Shown: piece after piece, positions 54,839 through 64,000 of the stretch
Numbering within the stretch: the stretch's first letter is position 1
Layout of the letters: every line of letters begins with the position of its first letter
Source: Octopus vulgaris
Taxonomy: Eukaryota
Assembly: GCA_951406725.2 (NCBI GenBank)
Contig: OX597831.1
Location: 3,720,001 to 3,784,000 of the forward strand
Length of the DNA: 64,000 bases
Direction: 5' to 3'
Program-made: the position numbers and the translations under genes
The notes under the pieces: model-generated
Told to the model about the DNA's origin: nothing
Seen by the model: the letters and a program-made list of their open reading frames with translations, nothing else
Databases searched by the model: none

Positions 54839-54913
54839 CTTAGAACCACCCCGCCGCCACCGCTTAGAACCACCCCGCCGCCACCGCTTAGAACCACCCC
54901 GCCGCCACCGCTT
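54839..54913. repeat. 24-bp tandem repeat CTTAGAACCACCCCGCCGCCACCG x3
   Basis: Direct inspection. Confidence 0.9.
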
Positions 54914-55176
54914 GCACCGTCGCCGCCGTCGCCGCCGTCGCAGCCTCCGTCGTCTCTGTCTCCGCACGATGTCGTACGTAAGAAGATTATAAGCTAGATT
55001 CAATTCCTGTCTCCGCCAGCTGTTGTGTAAGTAGGAGCGGAAGTAGATCTCATCTGATCTGGTATTGACACCTGGACCATTACGTCGTTGTCGTCGTCTT
55101 CACCACCACCACCACCACCACCACCACCACCACCATCATGATCATGACCACCACCACCACCACCACCACCACTATC

Positions 55177-55247
<71 letters not shown>

Positions 55248-55879
55248 AATCAACATCATCATGATGACTTGTCGCCCTCGTCGTCAACACTATTAATCTG
55301 TAGTAGCAGCCACATCCCCCAGACCACCACCACCACCACCACCATCACTGCCGCCACAACCACCACTATCATGGCATTCGATCACTTCCACTGCCAGAAC
55401 CATTACTCATTCTATCACCACGATGTCGACATACTATATACAGTAGTTGTCCTAAAGCTGATCTTGCACCAATTCCAATGCAAGAGAAGAGAGTTTTTAG
55501 GCTTAACACAGTTCCGAGAAAAAAAACAAACAACAAACAAACAAAGTAATTGGGAGAATTTTGTGAGATCAAATATTGTGGAGTGAAGTTATCCACACAA
55601 CAAGAAATACAATAAGCTCTTTTGGAATCTCAGAAGAAATCTTGTCAACAGAGAAAGGAAAAAGTTATGGCACATCTGCTGCTCTTCCCAAAACCAAAGA
55701 GTCAGCCAAAACTCAAGTTGAAATGGCAAGGCATATCTCCACCCATAATTCTTTTTTTTTTTTTTTTTTTTTATTAATTCCTCATTTTGAATTTTTCAAT
55801 CATTTATTAATTCCTCATTTATATTCTTTAAACAAATTATATATGTGTATATATATATATATGTATATATATATATGTG

Positions 55880-55915
<36 letters not shown>

Positions 55916-58406
55916 TATATTGTTTTCCACCTGCCTTCGTCTTTTGTTTATTTTCATAAAGCTTCCCGTTATATATATATGTATGTGTGTGTGTTTGTGT
56001 GTCTGTGTTTGTACCCCTAGCATTGCTTGACAACCGATGCTAGGCGGTGCTCCAGCATGGCCGCAGTCAAATGACTGAAACAAGTAAAAGAGTAAAGAGT
56101 AAAGAGTATATATCCAAACCATACTCTTTTACTCTTTTCAGTCATTTGACACTGTGGCCATGCTGGAGCACCATCTTTAGTCGAGCAAATCGACCCCAGG
56201 ACTTATTCTTTGTAAGCCTAGTACTTATTCTATCGGTCTCTTTTGCCGAACCGCTAAGTTACGGGGGCGTAAACGCACCAGCATCGGTTGTCAAGCGATG
56301 TTGGGGGGACAAGCACAGATACAGAAACATATACACACATATACATACATATATACGACGGGATTCTTTCAGTTTCCGTCTACCAAATCCACCCACAAGG
56401 CTTTGATCAGCCCGAGGCTATAGTAGAAGGCTATAGTAGAGGCTATAGTAGAAGGCCTAAGGCGTCACGCAGTGGGACTGAACCCGGAACCATGTGGTTG
56501 TTAAGCAAGCTATTTACTACACAACCACTCCAACTCCATTCGAACTTTCAGCAACAATTTAGGAGGATTGTCATTAATTATCTGCTGCACATCCCAAAAC
56601 CAGTCAGCCAAAACACAGCAGGTTCAAATTGCATGACATATCGCAACCCATACATTTGCATCCCAGTTATGGCACAAAAACGTACAAATGTGACGATAAG
56701 AGACACCCGAAAAGACGGTAATCCGTGGCTAGAAGATCTTTTTGTATCGCAGTTTGTATCTCTTGAAGACCTTTTTGAATCGCAAGGCTAATATGAAGAG
56801 ACATGAGATCGGAGTACGGGAGTCAGAATGGATTTGTAAGTCCTAAGGACACCGAAGGCCACCAAACGATACCAGTACTGTACATAGACGAGTATATCGA
56901 GAAGAAAGACATGAGACCGATGGTGCAAGGAAAAAAGCTATCTAGTTACTACATTTGTCGTAGGAAGAACCATCTCTTACCCTAGAGTACTAGAAAGGCT
57001 AGGCAACACGCCCTCCAAAAATCCCCAAAGCGAGACAAAGCAAAGACAAAAAAAGAAGAAAATGTAAGTAATGGCAGGAGTGGCTGTGTGGTAAGTAGCT
57101 TGCTTACCAACCACACAGTTCTGGGTTCAGTCCCACTGCGTGGCACCTTGGGCAACTGTCTTCTACTATAGCCTCGGGCCGACCAAAGTCTTGCGAGTGG
57201 ATTTGGTAGACGGAAACTGAAAGAAGCCCGTCGTATATATATATGTGTGTGTTTGTGTGTCTGTGTTTGTCTCCCCAACATCGCTTGACAACCGATGCTG
57301 GTGTGTTTACGTCCCCGTTACTTAGCGGTTCGGCAAAAGAGAACGATAGGATAAATACTAGGCTTACAAAGAATAAGTCCTGGGGTCGATTTGTCGACTA
57401 AAAGGCGGTGCTCCAGCATGGCCGCAGTCAAATAACTGAAACAAGTAAAAGAGAAAGAGAAATGGAGCTTAGTCGATTGAAGAGCAAGAGAAATTAACTT
57501 CAGTTTCCAGAACACCATCAGTTAAAACTCCGGGTATGATGGGAGAAGTCGCTTTATGGTCCTGTCCCTGAAACAGCACACTAAAGAAAACTATTGTTTA
57601 CAACTGCATAAGCTGCAAGGATCAGAATTCATAAATATAAACAAAATATTCGTAAAGATTTAGTTTGTTGTCAGATATATTATTGAGGGGGAAACTATGA
57701 GGGGCGGTTGCAAAGCCTTTCATCCTTTCGGGGTCGATAAATTAAGTACCAGTTACGCACTGGGGTTAATGTATTCGACTTAATACCTATGTATGTCCTT
57801 GTTTGTCCCCTCTGTGTTTAGCCCCTTGTGTGTAATAAAGAAATAGGTAATGGCGAGCAGGAGGGAATTATAAACGACGGCTACAACCACGTGCACATGC
57901 TAGGGATTTCGTAATGATTCTACTATTTATGAAGCATTCAAAAACCAAATTAGAATCTCCAACGCTCGACAAAGACCAGGTCACAATAATAGCAATGGAG
58001 GAGGAACACGGAGAAATTGTAAGCTTAAAGCCTTTCCTCCCAGCAAAACAGAATGGTGACGTCATTGGTGTTCTAGGTGTTGGTTGAACCGTAGGATCTA
58101 CCAAGTATATTCAATCATTTTTACTTTGAAGAATGTGAGCAGATGCGGCTGGTCGAGGTCAAGTTACCCAAATGTTGTGTCTGTGGTAAAACTGACCATC
58201 TCAGAGAGTTCTATTCTAAGGTGGAGAAAACAAGAGTTGGGCGTCACACTTCACCGTTACAATCGGAAAAACAGTAGTGATAGTAGCAGCAGTTACAGAA
58301 ACAGTAACTTCAGGTGTGTGAGCATGCGTATGGGAATCCCGGCACAGATATAACACAAGTCAATGGATACTACAGCAGAAAATTTAACAATGGAAGATAA
58401 TAACAG

Positions 58407-58897
58407 TGTAACAAAATTTTCATCTCTTTTTTTTTTTTTGTCTTTGGTCAGTAAGTGCTATTTCCTATTTGCTTCTATCTAGAAATCAAAGGAAATGACT
58501 GCTATTCCCTTCAACCTTTGCTTTTGTGACCTGGACATTAATATTTCACAACTGACCTATTTTCCATTACATTTCAGACAGATTCATCGCTAATTTGCCA
58601 CAGTAGAAATATGGTTAGAGCAAATATTCTTTTCAATACCACAGATTTGTTTGTCAGTTGCTTGACCTTAACCACTTGAGCATGTCCCTTAGTGGCTGAC
58701 AATATGTGCATCTCTGACCACAAGCAGGAGTAGTGAAGGAGCATCATAACCATGTGTTGAGAGGGATTCTTTGGGGTTTGAATAAATGTAAGAAATGCAA
58801 AGTTTGAAGGAAATATTAGCCCTTTTTCATACATTTTAAGGGTAAGCAAACAGGAAATAACAGTTGGTACCCAAAGACAAAAATCTTGTTATACAAT
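58407..58897. mobile_element. TIR element, third copy (retroelement-like core)
   Basis: Colinear with 39009-39515. Confidence 0.7.
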
Positions 58898-59206
58898 GAA
58901 ATTAAAGATAACACATAACAATAACGACAACAACAACACCAACAGCAATAGCCCAAACCTCATAATAAATATAACATACATATTTTTTCTAATTTTGGCA
59001 CTTAGGTCAACGATCTTTTTGGGTAGCGAGTGAGTTGATAACATCGACCGCAGTGTTCAACTGGTACTTATTTTCTCGACCCCGAAAGGATGAAGGGCGA
59101 AGTCGACATTGGCGGCACTTCAACCATGAACGTAAAGAGCCGGAAGAAATGCTGCTAAGCATTTTTGTCTGACGTGGTAACGATAAGACCGACATAACAA
59201 CACAAA

Positions 59207-59580
59207 CAAGAGCACTCAGAGAGAGCAAACCTCCGCCAAGGCAACACCAACGTCCTCTCAACGATTAGCCGGAGATGATTTTTAAAATGAGAATATCTGG
59301 AATAAACTTGACTGCTCTCACAAATGAGAATACTAAAAATGAACCCGACTGCTCTTAAAAATTAAGTGAAAAAAAAAAACCGGAAAAATAATCCAGAATC
59401 CTTGTCCGGTACCGGATCGACCCCAAAATCTAATCAGTTCGAGCCAGTCACGAGGCCAAACATCCCTGAAAATTTCATCCGCATCCATCCAGCGGTTCTT
59501 GAGATATCTTGTCCACAGACAGACAAACAAACAAACACGACTGAAAACAATACCCCTACCTTCGCTAAGGCAGAGGTAAA
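59207..59580 (-). mobile_element. Helentron/DINE-like non-autonomous element (copy 2, more complete)
   Basis: Minus strand TTACCTCTGCC ... GGCGGAGGT subterminal inverted repeats, 3' GCTCTCTCTGAGTGC stem, internal (TGTT)n, T-rich flanks. Confidence 0.6.
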
Positions 59581-61419
59581 AAAAAGATAGCACTGCACTT
59601 GTTAGGAATAGCAGCCAATTTTTGTTTCATATTACAACCTATTTCATCTTAAATAAAGAGGAAAGGGATGTTCAGTCAGGGAAGACAAGATAAGCAGCAC
59701 CTACCCAAACTAAAACTATAATTAGGAAATATTAAAAGGAATTGATTCACAATTCATAAAAGAAATTCTAAATGCACGTTATTCAGAGCGTAATAATTTT
59801 CCCAATATTTTGATGCTACACAACTAGCACAATATCGTTGCACTTTTAAACCTCAACACCAGTATGCTCGTGCACACACACACACACACACACACATTAA
59901 CGCGTCGAATTGTTAAATCACGTGCTGCAAGTAAAGCTTCAAAATATATTAAATACTTTGTAATAAGGGGCTTTTGTCGACAGTATACTTTACAAATGTT
60001 GTCTACGTACTCCGAGTATTAACACGTTATGTACCTAACCTGGATAATGTATAAAACTATATCTGAATAAATGACATACTGATTATGATTAAAATGTCTT
60101 TTGATTAGGGCACTGATTAGCCGAAATATTAGAAAATCAAGAACAAGATCTTTGCACCATTCAACCTCAACACAAGCGCACACACATTAATGTGTGAGGA
60201 TGATAAATCACGTTCTGTCTGATTCAAGAAGCTTCACAATTTATTAAATATCTTGTCATAAGGAGCCTTACCTACTCCGAGTATTTACGCTCGGTAGTGT
60301 CTGATTTGGAGAATGTACCCAGTCTTAGTTAAACATAATAAACTTAGTTAAACTTTATATCTCAATAAAAAAGCATTTTGATTATAGTTTGATTATAGCC
60401 TTTGATTACGGCACTGATTAAGCGAATTATTTGAACATATATAACTTTCAGAATTTAGTTATGAATGACCTTTTACTTTTAAATGATTTTTGAGTTTAAA
60501 TTCTGCAAAGGTCAACTTTGCCCTTTATCAAGAACTGTGTTCCATAAAATAAAGTACCAGTCAAATACTGGAGGCAATTTACTCAACTATCCCCCATTCA
60601 TAAACTCCTGGCATTTTACATTCTGAATTCGAATCTTACTGGGGTCAACTTTACCTTTCATCTTTCTGTGGTCGATAAAAGAAAGTCCCGTCAAGTAGCT
60701 GGTGTCGACTGACTAGTTCTATAAGGCATTCTAGTTGTGAATGGAATTTTAATCAAAAGCGAAGACCACTCCAACTATAATAACACCACAACCCTATTAA
60801 CATGACAACAACAGTTCAAACACAACACACAGATAACACACACACACCACATGTAATACAACACTGCACAACTACATAACAGAAAAAAAAAACGTGGTTC
60901 GGGGAAAACAGAGAAAGAAAGAAACATCACATTCACACACCACACCACAACCACACCACAAGCAAATCCGGTAGCATCAATGATAAACAAAAAGAAAAAA
61001 ACAATATGATACAGTTATATATATATATATAAAGAATAAAAGAATATAAACTGAAACCAAATAACAACAACAGCAACAACAACAAGGAGGCCAAATGACT
61101 AGAGCAGTACCAGACATTGTTATAAAACAATTCACAAAAACATAAAAAACTCAAAGAAAACGTGAATGCGGTTTTTAGAAGAAATAAAAGTTCAGAATTC
61201 CGTACAAGGGCAATGAATATATAATATGTATTAGCTAATGTCAGTAAAAGACCCCCATAGTTGCCTAGCTATGTCAGCAACAGTAGTAGCAGCAGCAGCA
61301 GCAGAAGCAGCGATAACAGACCCTTTCACCCCCAAATACAAAAATACAATGGGACGCGTCCACCTTATATTCCGAAAGAACGTCCACACAGATTTTTACT
61401 GGTTTTAATATATTCTGTC

Positions 61420-62267
61420 ATTGAGGTCGACTTTGCCTTTTAGCTTTTCGAGGTCGATAAATTAAGTACCAGTTGCGTACTGGGGTCGATCTAATCGACT
61501 GGCCCCCTCCCCCAAAATTTCAGGCCTAGAGTAGCAAAGAATATATTCTGTCAAAGCGGCGAGCTGGCAGAATCGTTAGCCCGCCGGGCGAAATGCTTAG
61601 CGATATTTCGTCTGCCGCTACGTTCTGAGTTCAAATTCCGCCGAGGTCGACTTTGTCTTTCAACCTTTCGGGGTCGATTAGATAAGTACCAGTTAAGCAC
61701 TGAGGTCGATACAATCGACTTAATCCGTTTGTCTGTCCTTGTTTGACCTCTCTGTGTTCAGCCACTTGTGGGTAGTAAAGAAATAGGTATTTTGTCTGCC
61801 GCTAGGTTCTGAGTTCAAATTCTGCCGAGGTCGACTTTGCCTTTCATACCTTTCGGGGTCGATTAGAAACATTAGCACGCCGGGCGAAATACTTAGCGAT
61901 ATTTCGTCTGCCGCTACGTTCTGAGTTCAAATTCCGCCGAGGTCGACTTTGCCTTTCATCCTTTCGGGGTCGATTAGATAAGTACCAGTTACGCACTGGG
62001 GTCGATATAATCTACTTAATCCGTTTGTCTGTCCTTGTTTGTCCCCTCTGTGTTCAGCCACTTGTGGGTAGTAAAGAAATAGGTATTTCGTCTGCCGCTA
62101 CGTTCTGAGTTCAAATTCCGCCGAGGTCGACTTTGCCTTTCATCCTTTCAGGGTTGATTAAGTAAGTACCAGTTACGCACTGGGGTCGATATGATCGACT
62201 TAATTCAATTTGTCTGTCCTTGTTTGTCCCCTCTGTGTATAGCCCCTTGTGGGAAGTAAAGAAATAA
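61420..62267 (+). mobile_element. Tandem array of Nin-domain-like SINE units
   Basis: About 5 copies of GAGGTCGACTTTGCCTTTCATCCTTTCGGGGTCGAT...AAGTACCAG with CpG retained. The same family is dispersed at e.g. 10010-10240(-), 13980-14395(-) and 38430-38625. Confidence 0.8.
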
Positions 62268-62754
62268 GAATATATTCTGTTATTTCTTTTCCTTCATTTT
62301 ACCTCACCTTTATTTCATTAAATTTTCCCGCTTTTTGTTGCTTTGCTTCTTTTTTTTTCCTATCATTTTTTTTTGTATTTAGTTTTACGTTGTTTTAAGT
62401 CTTCTTTTTTTAATTTCTTATACTTTTTAAACTTAATTTTATTTGTATAAGTATTTTTGTAGCACATTTTTTGTTAGCTTCAACTTGTAGGTTTTTATTT
62501 AAACGGGACAAAAAGACATAACAAAAAAATAAACAAAAAAACAAAACAAAAAAACAAGCAAACAATTAAAAAAAAACGTAAATCGTTGCAGGGGTAGAAA
62601 AGGTATCTGTCCCCTTCTAAAAATTATTTATTTATTTATTTATTTATTTAGTTACTTATTCATTCATTCTTTAGTGGACAGAATACATAAACGAATGAAT
62701 GGGGGAAAAAAAAAAAACTTCCTTGGCAAAAAGAAAAACTAAATATATGCAAGT

Positions 62755-62794
<40 letters not shown>

Positions 62795-63354
62795 ACACAT
62801 ACACATACACACACATACACACACACACACAAACACACATACATATACAGCAACAGATGCGCAGGCATACACATACCTATACATAAATAAAAATGCATAC
62901 ATAAACACATACACACCTACACATATACACCTACACATACATATACACACATATAAAGAGATACACAACCATATATATATATATATATACACGCACACAA
63001 ACACACACACATATATATATATAAATACATATGTATATATATACATATATACATATATATGTATATATATATATATACACACATATGCATACGTATAAAC
63101 ACAGGCATACAAATACAGATACACATATACAGACAAATAAACATACAGACTCATATATAAAGACAAACACACACACACAAAGACACGCGCGCGAACACAC
63201 ACGCACGTGTACACATAGGCACACATACACACACATAGACACACACACACACGCATACACACAAAAGGACATCCTTTGAAAAACTTTTCTCCAGGTATAC
63301 GGAATGAAGCTTAATGAGAAAGAGTTTTTGAATGAATGATAATAGGAAACCGGT

Positions 63355-63990
63355 AGAGAGAAGGAGGAGGAGTAAAAGAATGAAGATGAAGAAGAAGGAA
63401 AGAGGAGGAGGAGGTGGAGGAGGAAGTGGAAGAGGAGGAAGATAGGGGGTGGTTGTGGAGAAGAAGAAGGTGGAGAAGATAATGCCGAAGGGATAGAAGT
63501 AGCGAGAGAAAGAAAGAAAGAAAGAAGAAGAAGAAGAAGAAGAAGGAGGAGGAGGAGGAGGAGGAGGAGAAGAAGAAGAAGAAGAAGAAGAAAAAGAAGA
63601 AAAAAAGAAGAAAACGAAGAAGAAAAGGAAGAAAAAGGAGAAAAAGAAGAGAAAGAAGAAGAAAAAGAAGAAGGTGGAGGTGAAAAAGAAAATGATGATG
63701 ATGAAGAAGATGAAAAAGATGAAGAAGATGGAGAAGATGAAAACGATAACAAAGAAGATGACGGAGGAGGAGGAGGAGAGGATGACGATACAGAAGAGGA
63801 TTAGTAAATGAAAGAAGAAAATGACAAGGAAGAAACAAGCAAAGAAAGAGTGGGAAGAAGGGGAAGTGTGGGGAAATGAGGGAAGGTGAAGAAGAAGAAG
63901 AAGAAGAAGAAGAAGAAGAAGAAGAAGAAGAAGAAGAAGAAGAAGAAAAAACAAGATAAGAAAAAGAATAGAATTAGAAGTAGTAAGGAA
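63355..63990. repeat. (GAA/GGA)n purine-rich low-complexity tract
   Basis: Direct inspection. Confidence 0.9.
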
Positions 63991-64000
63991 AAAAAAGCGA

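Noticed and set aside
55000-55596. Asp/Gly/His-rich ORFs as a possible 5' exon
   Set aside because: Trinucleotide-repeat translations with in-frame stops and no suitable splice donor.
56540-57060. Plus-strand ORFs at 56288-56985 and similar sequence at 57850-58350
   Set aside because: They start inside a SINE or lack recognisable domains and splice structure; probably decayed transposon sequence, unclassifiable without a search.

Overview
AT-rich, microsatellite- and SINE-dense eukaryotic genomic DNA. The repeat families match those of a coleoid cephalopod, most likely Octopus; this is inferred from repeat style only. One protein-coding gene spans most of the window on the minus strand: an eva-1/EVA1C-like type I membrane protein with two SUEL/rhamnose-binding lectin domains, a His- and Ser/Thr-rich stalk, a transmembrane helix and a short tail. 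Seven coding exons (45619 down to 9481) were reconstructed with GT-AG boundaries and consistent phases; the 5' signal-peptide exon was not located. The introns hold tRNA-derived SINEs, 3' fragments of R4/Dong, CR1, Tx1 and Penelope-like retroelements, Helitron and Helentron pieces, hAT, piggyBac and mariner MITEs, several long fold-back hairpins and minisatellites. The most notable finding is a short element combining a tRNA-like Pol III head, a (TAA)n linker and a hammerhead-ribozyme tail. It is inserted twice with an inverted terminal copy and 12-bp target duplications, and may be a Penelope-dependent SINE or retrozyme. Other hammerhead motifs are present, including an apparently intact one in the sense orientation of the eva-1 intron. 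Nearly all ORFs in the supplied track are microsatellite or SINE artefacts.
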